Below, piece by piece: positions 47,901 through 57,227 of a stretch of DNA of 64,000 nucleotides. The translations under genes were made by a program, and so were the position numbers. The notes under the pieces were generated by a model. That model was not told the DNA's origin. It saw only the letters and a list, made by a program, of their open reading frames with translations, and made no database searches. Where the stretch lies: positions 189,618-253,617 of the forward strand of contig VRVR01000014.1 of NCBI GenBank assembly GCA_009859145.1, in the 5' to 3' direction. How positions within the stretch are numbered: the stretch's first letter is position 1; each line of letters starts with the position of its first letter. Origin of the DNA: Andalucia godoyi And28 (Eukaryota; Protista; Jakobida).

Positions 47901-48768
47901 TGGATTCCGCATTGGTGCAAAAGCCTTGGGCAGGGGTGTTGTTGCTGGTGTTGCCGGCATTGTTGTTTTGCCGCGCCGCCGTATGGCATCTCATCGGTCC
48001 GCAGCCGGAAAGGCCAAGGGCGTGCTGCGTGGTGTCGCCGAGGGGGTTGTTGGCATCGTTGCCAAACCGATTTCTGGTGCCCTGGACTTCACTGCCAAGG
48101 TGGCGGAAGGTGCCGAAGCGACTGTGTCCGGACGCAAGGAAATCCCGCAAGTCCGCGCACGTCCTCCGAGACTGCTTGGAGAACACGGAGAAGTCGTTCC
48201 GTACGACGAAAAGCAAGCGAGGATGTTTGACTTGCAGCTGAATTCGAGCATTGACGACGACGTGCTGGACATCTATGATTTGGATGCGTATGAGTCTCAA
48301 GATTCCTCCGACGTTGTGTCCGAGTCGGAAGACGAAGCCGATGCAGCCCCGGCTTCTCGCGAACACTTGCAAGTCATGGAGGCCATTCCTTCTAGGTTTG
48401 AGCCGCACAACTGGGCAGTGGTGGGAAGCCGCTGCTTGTGGCAGGTTCGGGGACGAGATTTCAGCAACATGTCCGACCCGATTCCCCTGGAGAAGGTCGC
48501 TCGCGTTATTGTCGACATCATGGAAAATGACAAGAAGAAGAAGAAGAAGAGGTCGGAGACCGAAGAGGAGCACAACTACGCGTTGACTGTTCAGTGTGTC
48601 GGTGAAAAGAAAGGTCGCGTGATTGCTTTCGCATCAGGAGACGAGTGCCATCGCTGCGCATTGTTTGTTTCAGCCAAAGCAAAGGAATTCGGGGCTGACG
48701 TTTTATTTGAAGAAGGGCTGAGCAAGATCACCGACATTCATCCGCAGCAACAGACGTTGACTGCGTAA
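38971..48768 (+). CDS. VPS13: VPS13-family bulk lipid transfer protein, single exon of 3265 aa
   Basis: Chorein-N start (MLEKIFADMLSKHIDPFVVNL...VSLRVPWKKLNSEPV), DPRAWWLYA, VAB/SHR-BD-like repeats, APT1/ATG2_C-like region (YHVLGAIDLIGAPV...FFYEP; RARPPR). Confidence 0.96.
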   Translation: MLEKIFADMLSKHIDPFVVNLTPQSLKTSVTEGNLTVTDLILREDALLQMDFPFVIRKGIIKKVSLRVPWKKLNSEPVQCDVDGVYVVLEPKRSASSGAETDDAITLQARKRYALSQYEKSSAFLNQVDVDEKSGASASAAPVSFVQYMMQTILFNLQLSVKNIHVRLEEGNCAMGFVLKELGLRTTDEKFQPKYVKNPGNFLFKRATLSMMSFYADVASQYQFSNEPLTNDEFCQVMLMTMESQQGLVVHPVKAEALCTIQTSVQSADLTIPKVNVNLRLEAVYVSVTHDQLVAVLDLAAYSSTYRRLEQFRFLRPKVRPSKDPRAWWLYAGNAVMQSLRRLTRTADVASLAKQVPTMKLRDEYISLFKKSRETPVYPALTSDERARLREMEDVMETDDLLLFRRHADAELIAEVRKSSHWGELKAKKERHLWFQGLRKLAGASDVSVNPSQTALAALTPDELNQVYSEVGYANQADSSSPSPDWVTMQFSVSLEVLQLTLKDVARVMLSGIKLRSSSSQNISDLELSLHSLAVVDDLQPSSSILLPSPSKGNSELMILQVSLSSDKINVSGLISPIDIHVRPVYIARLFSFFKLPDVIDISDLKSFGMQQMLRVSRKTANEIQKVLAMGRMKLNIALDVRAPRLILNDLVYLDLGRITVATAVEQPYNDLDTFDVSIDGLSVTVENSVILSKVSLVGKVNQAFLPATVPQTRISIGFGQDTPIDISLTSRSMTRLLDGVIPVMNAFQTSNYLPSRPNLRRSEGWLSYRSSDSSAEVPLYWIVCEDDSRLVGYNDETFSRPAAVFDLTDPHLTVFSIDKSSFALKLQHANISKQSQTFIFKDESKDSELRESSSAWVSTLREKLSYYLLQDKSKVVSETVLGENESKVGMQSYPLEFHVTAPAGICMHLYEIEEIVIADMSLSLLTAPDLACSVTVSKIQCMKSSLVDIADVSVAMSKSLVSISVASIKSCMSLARKEDKDSLLLCILDGLRGSFDKVSARFSPAPMWHLSVPHSTKLNEPTSIALSAKTFEFLMEDFDGVAAVQCSASPLKFAVGLDPEIPSLAFSQKGLSVLLYSDNFMSCPDLSMVGSRNEISVEASEKIVFTPQAGVFPRLMHLFATLSSHAATASASASALFGKSGHVETKQNIAAPMLSATLNVGLAGICITASNVLRLEIGRITGIGKSLSQDGANMVVSECVVRLIESEHISDDTAAPSAPLLSCENVSLCLRSFVEDKRSGTFVNCLVMVMKSGRGKFSKKDIDTLAAFGRAWYMDIAASTFGVSEKKDPTSPRPASQKQQSRFMDAFTTFRPSVRLESSSIEVEDLFTFECASFAGGISSGAAELKARGICLRDLSTGVKMLSLENPSHVSFDLRKSCLDLNLDTPQIRFDVGFFSRVNALVLDIAAIVAKPTSSDALSEESEVVPVVDKEVENTGDVVLASTDKRLILDADLSLSETRRIILQDSDVSSDVILDGRSRYRVYFNEAPGPLVFIGKNRTLRIENAVIVCRHSRLEDVVVNRNLESAFGSPAFRILPSCTISGTKRHQAHLLSTEQARPALTIPSVTLSMKNAGLDILGKYGNGLSFVLSAKGAFSSEKSEGFFHVSSLRMSRPKKDCAAQSMQEGIVRLDSGCSMSLRWKPSLESDLQTTGSPEESLEEGSEECADLSRDGKAVVPASVEKKGYTVRVDVGAPCEVPEMMLSQGVLVPVYLSQIVAVLEFLEQIASLVGTSSPSTNLPQSNSSALSIKPETSLLAGYLSESRIVLMNDNPLSVRFELLDDVAFPTLPHSVLLVNASDIRIRGIIDAQSGSLSLRIPSINAEHWNTTVGMWEPILDPSFGFRMRSVYSGADGSASSVCRLDPVDVVVTPSLLNSLYRCTTILANKLAPQGSENEPDLATAGGDTIVQNFTGKPVTIVVLKSQVLATLADGASKVLNLQTRQYSGDNTKNEEVFSVKVDEFLTLERVVLPTSIPMVYPLIHSSSKKNGQNSSFIVVSASASSTGKRVISLHSQTKIENDSPFPIEVEMANGVFKSVGQRDSVYLPITDGLNASDALRVRVLLPDGSKSEGVVKMSEAVDKASTDGDNADSSYTDAQIDGAVPVSLGCLSYPFMLGAPLSNEDKSSPKLTSLNLDVRYRLYNHLPHDVVLQIVADSHSKTESWITLKCGQCAALGIFDTADTEVAVRMWKPADTRIPSIDATCKEIPVFFSTGAAIDVSGCIPLSKHQVILSGKRAADRISDSYVGIDYTLSRNGSYSVTFYAPLWIVNATPYAVSIRDRDKHGDVSLVPASTAGGFAPSSAFSYRALIQGTSRAQLRFQDADNHSKWSSAFAVDGLGYGLHAVSWPSKDAFGKKHKQVVHAAVKIAPAPSPCNLTRILTISPRFVFKNSTSRAITVGQTGTSQRVSVPVGSTVPFPAMWEKHGQQDVTFSYGNDNQTISIPIAAMDRPHVLPISGVQSLSAVSSLRVFCDNQNSQTVVTVGECRPGTEMGVLPDYLFAVRNESWVPLRIRLAHPNTGLPAFVNVPPFRTMPIPHANPSDSKHYVGVTMPGMKIDEVKISLDAVGKAKPVGQSWSAFVTVDSGRRTLVVRESGTPASSIAVKPDDLSSRFQKQFLFVVPHVGVSVLARRSNEDRVDGTTGVLEELVYLSVKNVSFFQGLSSSGLSVSELLVRSVQIDHNSMNAIHPVLLSAKPSDTGSAWQIIMAQSTRDSSAGSLLAFPLISVTVPHLILKLEEVFLSRFVGLARDCQSHISSVFPTESSRIYASHRESEWNRVLSPLSGVSSTEAAVTSAVAVYASLIWIHPIAIDVSYDADPSPDAVDPVVRRARSMGINLLTVSRAPIRIDALVMKHVLCSSASDLALRLQRYYVRQAIKESYHVLGAIDLIGAPVTVLSGVASGVKSFFYEPSQASLNRPSSVVKAVGRGTSSLVSRPVASLFAATAGLSGSVARGLATATFDDDFIAKRRALVSRRHPKGFLDGFRIGAKALGRGVVAGVAGIVVLPRRRMASHRSAAGKAKGVLRGVAEGVVGIVAKPISGALDFTAKVAEGAEATVSGRKEIPQVRARPPRLLGEHGEVVPYDEKQARMFDLQLNSSIDDDVLDIYDLDAYESQDSSDVVSESEDEADAAPASREHLQVMEAIPSRFEPHNWAVVGSRCLWQVRGRDFSNMSDPIPLEKVARVIVDIMENDKKKKKKRSETEEEHNYALTVQCVGEKKGRVIAFASGDECHRCALFVSAKAKEFGADVLFEEGLSKITDIHPQQQTLTA

Positions 48769-48953
48769 ATCATGATTGTCATGGAGTTCTTTCATGCTTT
48801 TTCCTGATGTGAACAACAATCACAACAAGAACCATGCCAATTCAGGCAAGACTATAAATAAAAAGAGATGTGTGTAATGTGTGTGTCTGTGTCTGTGTCT
48901 GCCAAGAATTGCGAGATGCCAGTTCTTGATACACTGGCCGCGACTGAAAGGAC

Positions 48954-49667
48954 CTACGAAGCAGATGGAGAAGACGAGGCCGAAACAAAGGACCGATTCT
49001 TGGACAGCTCTTTCCGGCGTGCTTCTGCAAGATCCAGCCTCTCCAACTCCTTTCGTGCCTTTTCCACTTTTTCTCTTTCAATGGCCTCTCGTTTCAACCT
49101 GCGCTCTCGCTCCTTGATGTCTTCTTCGTCATCTTTCAAATTGACTTCCATGATTTCTCGGCGTAGCGATCTGAGGAACCGATCTTCGTTCCTGCGCAAC
49201 CTCTTCATTTCCGATTCGGCAGCCATTTTCTTTTCAGTCAGCTTTTGATATTCACTCACAAGATTCACCTTGAACGGAGAATATGCAGCCTTCTCTGCAG
49301 CTTCCTTCGAGAGACGATCCTTGTATTTTTGAAGTCTTCTCCGTTTCCGAGCTTCTTCATCCACCATGCGCTGTCGCGCAAGTTCGCGATTCGCTTCCGC
49401 GACAGCTTCGGCTTCGAGTGGATCCATCTTTGCTCCAGGAGATCGTTTCGGAGACTCGGACACTTTCCGCACGCGATCATCCTCACGCTCGGAAGCAGCT
49501 GAGCTCCGGCGTGAAACACTCGCAGACAACGATCTGCCGGAAGCCGCCGAGCTTTTCGACGATAAGGCCTTGTGCAACTCGACACGGAGCTCAGGTCGTA
49601 GTCTCGGTGGGCTTTCCAATGGCGACTTTGCAGACTTGGGAATAAACGCTTGATCCTCCAAAGACAT
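48954..49667 (-). CDS. Uncharacterised charged coiled-coil protein (237 aa)
   Basis: ATG-initiated ORF with E/R/K-rich heptad-like C-terminus, convergent with VPS13. Confidence 0.7.
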   Translation of the reverse strand: MSLEDQAFIPKSAKSPLESPPRLRPELRVELHKALSSKSSAASGRSLSASVSRRSSAASEREDDRVRKVSESPKRSPGAKMDPLEAEAVAEANRELARQRMVDEEARKRRRLQKYKDRLSKEAAEKAAYSPFKVNLVSEYQKLTEKKMAAESEMKRLRRNEDRFLRSLRREIMEVNLKDDEEDIKERERRLKREAIEREKVEKARKELERLDLAEARRKELSKNRSFVSASSSPSAS

Positions 49668-50061
49668 TTCTGGAGTGCTTACTGTGCTTTTCGTCGAATA
49701 ATATATATATGTGTGTGTAGACGAATGAAGAGAACACTAAATATACGCTGCAAACTATATGATGTGACAGGAATCGGTCAAATCCTTTTTTTCAAACTAT
49801 TGTTCTTCTTCTTCTTTCTACAATGCTCCTCGGGGGCGGAGTGGGCTTCTTAAAAAAGACGTGCAGGCCTTTTTCCATAAAAATTGCTTGTGTGCGAGTG
49901 CGCACAAAGCAACGAATGTGAAATGTGTGGTGGACAACGTCATTCGGGGAGGAAAGGGAAAACGCCCAACGAAACGGGTAATTACGACATACGGCAGTTT
50001 CCTCTGGACGCGAGCAGACGGACGGGCCACTTGCCTTCTTGCTAGGCGACTGGGAGTTTCT

Positions 50062-51446
50062 CTACGCGCTGGTCGGCGGGTGGCTGTTGGCACGTGCGAT
50101 TGCAAGAATCTCGACTATGGCGCCGCGAGGAAGTGCCTCGCATGCTTGTACATGAACAACGTCTGAAGGGATACAGGTTCCATCGAATGCTTGCAACCGC
50201 ATAGGCAGTGCTGCACGCTCGATTTCATCCAGAACCGACTTGTTGATGTACAGAATGCAGAAAAAGACACTGTCCAATGAAGACTGTGATTCTAATAAAA
50301 CGGAACGGACATGTGCAAGACAGTCCGACAATTGCTGTGTAAATGACTGGTCTTTCTGCAGCTGCATTGTGATTGGGGCGAGCGCGATTTGTCCAGAGCA
50401 GAACACTGTTGAGGGCAACCGGACGGATTGTGCGTAAGGACCAATGCAAGCCGGTGCCCATAAAGACACCGATTGCACATGCAAGGTATGCTGTCGGGTG
50501 GCTTTTGAGCAGTAGCATGCAAGAGACAGGGAACTATTCGCATCCTGAACGGCGGCCCGAGCTGGCGGAGCAATCTGGAAGAACTGTGCGTAGATCCTGT
50601 TGAAATGCGAAAACAAGGAAAACGACGGGATGCTGAGCTTGACGAGACAGATGTTTTCAAGATGCATGCCCAATCGTGCTAAAACTCCGAGCAATGAAAC
50701 TAGCATGTTGGTCAATTGGTTGCCGCAATCCACCGCATCCAGAGGCGGATTGGGTGCGGAGCGTAGACGGATTGCGACTTCCAGCACGGAATCGTCATCA
50801 TTGTCTGGAAACGGACGATCAACAGAGATGTGAAATGTTTCTGAAAACGCATTCCAATCTCGAAATACTGGGTAAACAGAATGGCAAAGCGCAGTCTTCT
50901 GACGAACCAACTCCAGTCGCGGGCTTTCGAATCGCATAGACGACGTGGAAATACTCGACATGGATTCAAGAAGCGATTTTCCCCAGAGCCTGGTAATTCC
51001 ATCTTCAAGAATGACAAAGGAGGGATGACCGGAGAGAATGGCAGAACCATCAGGGAATCGCTCTGGCTTTGGTTCGGTGTGCCACTTTGTAATGTGCAAG
51101 TGGCCAACAGGAGCGAATACCGTATCTTGGCTCGTCATTTCCGATGCGGAAGCGTCGAGGACGATCCGGTGATGCATGAATGGTGCATCTAGAGTAAGTG
51201 TTTCGTACTCTCCACCTTCCCCACAGACATGAAACTTCCATTTTGAATGCAACTGTTCAAAATGCGGTAGGAGAACTGACAACTCTCGTCCCAGATGCTT
51301 TGAAGGAACAAGCCCCATCGACGCCACCTTGATTACTATGGCTCGCACCTCGTAATCAATGACCATTTTCTGAAGCGCGACAGCTTGCGCAGAACGTCTT
51401 ATTTCTTCTTCTTCTTCAATTTCTGTTTGGTTCGATCGTTGTTGAC

Positions 51447-51478
<32 letters not shown>

Positions 51479-51969
51479 GTTGTTTCGTCAATGTCAAGAG
51501 GACTGCTGCTGCAATGCTGGTTGCGTTCTTTCAGGAAAACAGTGGATTTCCACAATGGAGCAACGGAAACAAGTTCCAGGATTGAACAACAATGCTCTAT
51601 TCGCAGCCTCTGATAATCGGATTCGATCGCTCCAGAAAGAACGCCATCGATATGCGCATGCTTCTTGACAGTCGATAACAACGCCAGCAAATCTTCTACT
51701 TCGTCACCTACCGTTGTCCTATAGAGCATCTCGGTGAGCTTTGAAGATCCCAGAATTGGTCTTTGAAAAAGAGGAACGAACGAACAAGATGCAAATGTAG
51801 GAATCAAAGCATGGCCCACTGATTGAAACGTGTGTGAATCCAGCTCTTCCTGCGCAGAGTCCGAAGGACAAAGCTGTGCAAACGCAACAATCTCATGGCC
51901 AGCAAGGACTGCATGAACAACTGCAGCACTGGAATCCTTTCCACCCGACACCAAAGCCACAAGCTTCAT
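50062..51969 (-). CDS. DPH6: Diphthine-ammonia ligase with C-terminal RidA/YjgF-like domains
   Basis: MKLVALVSGGKDS, FQSVGH, GDEVEDL, SGAIESDYQRLRIE, HVCGEGGEYETLTLD, LHVQSVSLWAPACIGPYAQ; internal poly-Q/E tract. Confidence 0.95.
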
Positions 51970-52487
51970 ACCCTCCCTGTGCTGCAACCACGCTGGTTCG
52001 AATGCGATTCTCGCTGCACGAACGGGGGGGAAATTCCTGTTGCCGATGTAGAATCTACAGCGAACCGGCTTTCGATGACCGCAGTTTCACGAAAACGCCT
52101 GAGCAATGAAAAACACTTTGCTGCTCGGCGTGTATGATGGATGGGCCCTGGTGAATGTAGACACCCGTGTTTCTCAATTCGCCAATTAAGGGATTTTGCG
52201 GAATGAACGAACGCAGTAGAAACATGTTTCGCTAACCACGCCCTATGTGTCCTCTTTCCGTGTGGCTGCAGATTTTTTTGCGTATTCGGGGAAAACGAGC
52301 AGTTGCCTGAGCGGGTAATTTTATTTCCCCGAATTTGACCACTCGAGAAAACGCAGAAAAAATGGTGATCAACAAGACTTGGCGAAGGTGTTCCAACCTC
52401 CCTTTCCGATTTTTCTTCTTTTATTTTCTCTCAAGGGTGGTTTCGTTAGTTCTTTGGCTCTTTTAACAAGCGCACAGGTTCATCATC

Positions 52488-53230
52488 ATGTACCGAAATC
52501 ACGAAGACGCTCCAAAAGACGCGCAGGGTCGTCCATTGTATGGACTGGATGCTGAACTCCACAAGAAGATGCAGGACAAGCGTGATCCGCAGCGTGAAGC
52601 AGATGCTTTTGCCTGGATTGCCAAAGTCACAAACATGGAAGTGAACTCGATCGAAGATCTTAAGAGTGGAGCCATTCTCTGCGAGCTGATCAACGCTATC
52701 AAGCCGGGCTCAGTCAAGAAGATCAACAAGATGAAGCAGCCATTCTTTTTTATGGAGAACATCGATGTATGACCATTACCGTGTTGTTTGTTTGTTCGTT
52801 GTTTTCCTTTTTGTATTTCCTTTTTCATTTTGTCCCCTTTGCTTGCTTGTGTTTCCCGCCTCCACGGCTTAAATGCATGCTGTTGTTCGTTATACTTACT
52901 TGTTCGACTTTACTCTAGGCATATGTCAAGGGATGCGCAGCATTCGGTGTTCCGCAGGCCGAGCTTTTCATGACGATCGACTTGTTTGAAGAACGCAACA
53001 TTCCCGCAGTCATTACGAATGTCTTTTCGCTTGCGCGAACTGCCACCGCAGGTGGATGGTCCGGACCGGCACTTGGTCCAAAGCTTGCACAGCGAAACTC
53101 GATCAACTTCACTGAGGAACAGCGACGGGACGCCGCAAATACGGTTCCTTTGCTCATGGCAAACATGAACAAGGGTGCAAAGGCCGACACTCGAGATCTC
53201 TCTCGGGAAGTTGTCAAGAGTCCCCAGTAG
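52488..53230 (+). CDS. Calponin/transgelin-like CH-domain protein; join(52488..52766,52919..53230)
   Basis: YGLDAEL, LKSGAILCELIN.IKPGSVKKIN, MENI|AYVKGC..FGVP..ELFMTIDLFE, and a CLIK-like MNKGA; phase-0 GT-AG intron. Confidence 0.92.
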
Positions 53231-53754
53231 CAAGTACGAATCTTGCGGACGCATGCTTCGGTCGAGACACCGCCAATAACGTGAAAGAATTGCAATTTAG
53301 CGTTCTGTTTATTATTGTTTATTTTGCGTGGTTTCTACCAGTGGAAAAAGAAAAAAAGGTAAAGGTAAAACAATTAGCACCATCAACTCGGATAACAAGG
53401 ATTGTGAAAACACGAGAAGCAAGGAATGATTATCAGAAATTACCACTTAGATTTTTGTCTCTCACTATTGTTCAGACAGGGATAACTATTTGCACATCCT
53501 TTTTCTCAAAACATTGCTTCAAGTAGAAAATCAGAAAGAAGGGGAGGGGGAAAAAACGTACAGAAAACAGAACGTGAACGAAAAAAGCACACGCTGGAAC
53601 GCAGCCGTGATTTCGGTTTTTTCAAGGAGTCGGAAAGCTGCAAATAACGCAAAGAAATAATGATCAGGCTTCAGTTCCAAAAAAAAACATATATATGTAT
53701 ATACATATATTTGGAGGAGCGGACGTGGCAGGAAATGAACAATCAGAAGGTGAC

Positions 53755-53825
53755 GCCTCAGTGTAACTATGACATAAAACGCTCACCGACATCACGAAGG
53801 TTTTGGGATATTTGTCCTCACAGGC
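53755..53825 (-). ncRNA. Box C/D snoRNA, SNORD46/snR63-like guide for LSU rRNA A methylation
   Basis: Minus strand: GCC-tg-TGAGGA (C box) ... TGATGT (C') ... GTCATAGTTAC-a-CTGA (D)-GGC. The 11-nt guide is antisense to conserved LSU rRNA GUAACUAUGAC; the flanks carry a further 10-bp inverted repeat (CAATCAGAAG/CTTCTGATTG). Confidence 0.8.
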
Positions 53826-54052
53826 AGCCTCTTCTGATTGCTGAAAAGAAGAAGGAAGAAATTAAGAGGGAAGGGGGAAAAAAGGTGAGTCATACCTCTC
53901 CCATAAACATCAAGCCACTGCACTGCAGTGGTGCACAAAAAGGCGCCGGCTTTTTTGCAGCCGAAATTTTAAAAATCTCTTTGCTTTGTCGAGGCGTTTC
54001 AAGACATCGAAATGAAAAACAAAATTGGATAAGAAAGACAACACTGAAAAAC

Positions 54053-54185
<133 letters not shown>

Positions 54186-54665
54186 AGAAAAGGGCGAGAG
54201 AGGGAGCAACTCCTTTGTCGCGCGTCTCGTGTTTTGCTTCTTGTCCAAACACAAAAAACCAACCAAACAAACCAATAAAAACACCACAACCGCGAATGTC
54301 ATTTGTTGCTGTCAGTTGACGCTGACAGCCACGGCTACAGTCAGCGCTCTTGCGTCCAAAGACATCCGCGTTTTTTCCTTGTCGACAATCGGGTCCAGAA
54401 ATGGAAAACTCAACAAATAAAAAATCGGAATTTCAAAGGGTAAAACCCGACTTCGGAGAAAGACCAGGAGGAATAGAAGGCCGCAGAAGCAAACCTGGAG
54501 TGTGCTTTTTGTCAAAAAGATACATGTTCATGTTTGAACAGATTTGACTGAACCTTTTCTTCTCGAGTTTTTATCTTTTTCGTCGTTATCTTGACCCTTT
54601 TTAACGACGAGCTTTGGTTGTTTAACGGGGAGGGCGTGTCTACGGTCAACAAGGAAGGGCGCTCG

Positions 54666-57206
54666 ATGGGTCGGTCCGCAAATGGCGAGCATCTGCGTCT
54701 GCTGCATCCTGTTTCTGCGTTTGACGCTGTAGTGGTTTCTCGAGGCGGTCCCTCGCAGAAGGCGCAAAAGAACTACGCAGATGTGCGATCATACATCAAA
54801 ACTCACCATTTCACCGACGGGGAATTGAAAAATATGAAACAAATAGAAGGACTTGACTATGTCATCATGGAAAATGCTGCATGGTGGAAGCAGCGAAAGA
54901 GCGTTACGCCGTTTCAATTTCGAATGTCGGACATGAAGCATTGGATTGTGGTTTTTATAGTCGCTGTTTTGACCGGCATTGTTTCGTATTCGATCCATGC
55001 GTCTGCGGCGTATTTACTTCATTACAAATACGAAATTGTGGTGTGGATTTCTTCGTCGGTTCACAATTCAGATGTTGCTTCTCCCTTTTTGATGTTCTGG
55101 GCTTGCAATGTTGTGCTCGGAGTCCTATCATGTTTGTTCGTCATTCTGCTGTCCCCCATTGCAGCTGGATCGGGTGTTCCGGTCTCGATAGGCTATTTGA
55201 ATGGCTCCAGAATTCCGCGTGCTTTCAACGTTCGAACCGTGATTTCTCGTGTGTTTTCGACGGTCCTCGCTGGTGCATTGTCGCTTTCCACTGCAACGCA
55301 AGATCCGGTATTTCACATAGGAGGATTGATTGGCGGTGGCGTTGGCGAAATGCGGTCGCGCACTTTGGGGTTTACGATACCCATTTTTAAGGAGTTTCGG
55401 AATTCGAGAGCCCGACGAGATTTTATTGCTGCTGGTGTTGCTGCCGGGCTCTCAGCGTCCCTCGGCTCGCCCATCGGTGGAATTTTGTTTGTCATGGAAC
55501 AGGTTGCTGCAGTGTGGTCCGGGAAGTTCATTTGGAGAACATTCTTCGGGTGCGCCATCGCAGCTTTCTCCTCGGCGTGGTTGCTGTCGGGAATAGATTT
55601 ACGCGGTGGAGAAATGTACACCAAAACCGATGCAGTTTTCGACCATGACAAGTCGAACATCGAGTACCACGCTAAAGAACTCATTCCCTTCATCGCCATC
55701 GGACTTGGGGGTGGCTTGCTTGGCTCCTTGTTCAACTGGATCCACAAGCGAATCTTGCTGTTTCGGAGAGACATCTTCCACTCGTGGTCGCAGTCGTCTT
55801 TCTTTTCTGTCCCAAAGAAGGATCGCTTCATGTGTGTCTTGGATGTGATCATTGTCGTTTCAGTTGTTTCCATCGCTTACTTTTATTTGCAGAGCATATT
55901 CTCCTGTCGAATTGCCTCTGCTTCCGTGTCGAAGGACCTTGCGAATAAGTCTCCCACAGATCCTATTGACTGGCCACCTTCCCCGCAACGATGCCATTTG
56001 GACGTACAGGATGGAATGAATCCGCTGGGAATGCTGCTATTGGGCCGACCGGACAACACTCTTCGGCATTTGTTTTCTTCCACGTACACTGTATCAACCC
56101 CAATCATTGACTGGTTTTCTACAGCGAACAGTTCCCACTCAGACGAATCCGATGATTTCTTCGATGTTTTGTGGCCCTTCTTTATTATTTATTTCTGTGG
56201 TACGCTGCTGATGGCTGGATGCTCCATATCTTCTGGCTTGATTATGCCTGTTGTCATACTGGGCGCTGCATACGGACGACAAATGGGCTATTGGGTGCAT
56301 TCGGGCTACAATGTCCATGTATATGCACTTGTTGGCGCCGCTGGGATGCTTGCTGGCGTAACCCGCCTGCCGCTTACCTCCACAATGATTCTTATTTCCA
56401 TGGCAAATGACATCCAGTACTTGTGCCCTGTTATGCTATCCGTGCTTGGAGGTCGGTGGGTCGGAGACCTCCTCAACAACTCGATCTTTCGAACGGAACT
56501 TGGCTTCATGGGGATTCCGTACTTGTACCCTGACATTTCGTTGACCATGGAGAAGCTGACGGTCAAAGATTGTGCTTCGAAACCTGCGGTGTGCCTTCCC
56601 ACTCTTTGCAAAGTAGAACTGCTCGTGAAGGTCTTGAATACAACGACACACAACGGATTTCCTGTTGTCGACTGTGAAAGTGAAGTGGCATTTTCGGAAG
56701 AGCCCAAGGGACCTGTCATTGGCTTGATCTTGAAGAGAACTCTTTTGCAGATTTTGAACAGGAAAATGTTTGTGTCGGATGGCGAGACCATGTTAGTGAG
56801 AGATGACGACGGGTCTGTTGTTCCTGTTGACACGAATCATGGGCATTCTCCTTCGTTTTCCAAACAGGAGGTTACCGTCGACATAATGCAACAGATGCTC
56901 AGCGAAAAGATGGTTGCCCTTGCAGATATTGCACTTTCTGAGGAGGAGAGAGCGATGTATGTGGATCTTCAGCCGTTCATGAACCAAGCCCCAATTACTG
57001 TGAATTGCAAAGCCTCCATGGCTACAGCATTTCGATTGTTCATGACTATGGGCTTGCGGCATCTGCCAGTGATGGATAAGAATAACAAATGTGCAGGAAT
57101 GCTGACACGCCGCGACTTTCTCGAAGACATTCTTCAAAAAACATGGAGAGCAAAAGTGGATCGGAACAACGGCCGGGCAACCCCAACATCGCCGTCAGTT
57201 CAGTAA
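54666..57206 (+). CDS. CLC anion channel/transporter with two CBS domains and atypical pore motifs
   Basis: GSGVP, GLSASLGSPIGGILF, GLIMP, AGVTRLPLT and C-terminal CBS pair (HNGFPVVD; GLRHLPV); closest in layout to CLC-6/7 and plant CLCs. Confidence 0.95.
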   Translation: MGRSANGEHLRLLHPVSAFDAVVVSRGGPSQKAQKNYADVRSYIKTHHFTDGELKNMKQIEGLDYVIMENAAWWKQRKSVTPFQFRMSDMKHWIVVFIVAVLTGIVSYSIHASAAYLLHYKYEIVVWISSSVHNSDVASPFLMFWACNVVLGVLSCLFVILLSPIAAGSGVPVSIGYLNGSRIPRAFNVRTVISRVFSTVLAGALSLSTATQDPVFHIGGLIGGGVGEMRSRTLGFTIPIFKEFRNSRARRDFIAAGVAAGLSASLGSPIGGILFVMEQVAAVWSGKFIWRTFFGCAIAAFSSAWLLSGIDLRGGEMYTKTDAVFDHDKSNIEYHAKELIPFIAIGLGGGLLGSLFNWIHKRILLFRRDIFHSWSQSSFFSVPKKDRFMCVLDVIIVVSVVSIAYFYLQSIFSCRIASASVSKDLANKSPTDPIDWPPSPQRCHLDVQDGMNPLGMLLLGRPDNTLRHLFSSTYTVSTPIIDWFSTANSSHSDESDDFFDVLWPFFIIYFCGTLLMAGCSISSGLIMPVVILGAAYGRQMGYWVHSGYNVHVYALVGAAGMLAGVTRLPLTSTMILISMANDIQYLCPVMLSVLGGRWVGDLLNNSIFRTELGFMGIPYLYPDISLTMEKLTVKDCASKPAVCLPTLCKVELLVKVLNTTTHNGFPVVDCESEVAFSEEPKGPVIGLILKRTLLQILNRKMFVSDGETMLVRDDDGSVVPVDTNHGHSPSFSKQEVTVDIMQQMLSEKMVALADIALSEEERAMYVDLQPFMNQAPITVNCKASMATAFRLFMTMGLRHLPVMDKNNKCAGMLTRRDFLEDILQKTWRAKVDRNNGRATPTSPSVQ

Positions 57207-57227
57207 TTTGGATGCAAGGCATGCTGT

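Noticed and set aside
50062-51969. DPH6-RidA fusion as a novelty
   Set aside because: This architecture is already known from fungal and plant DPH6.
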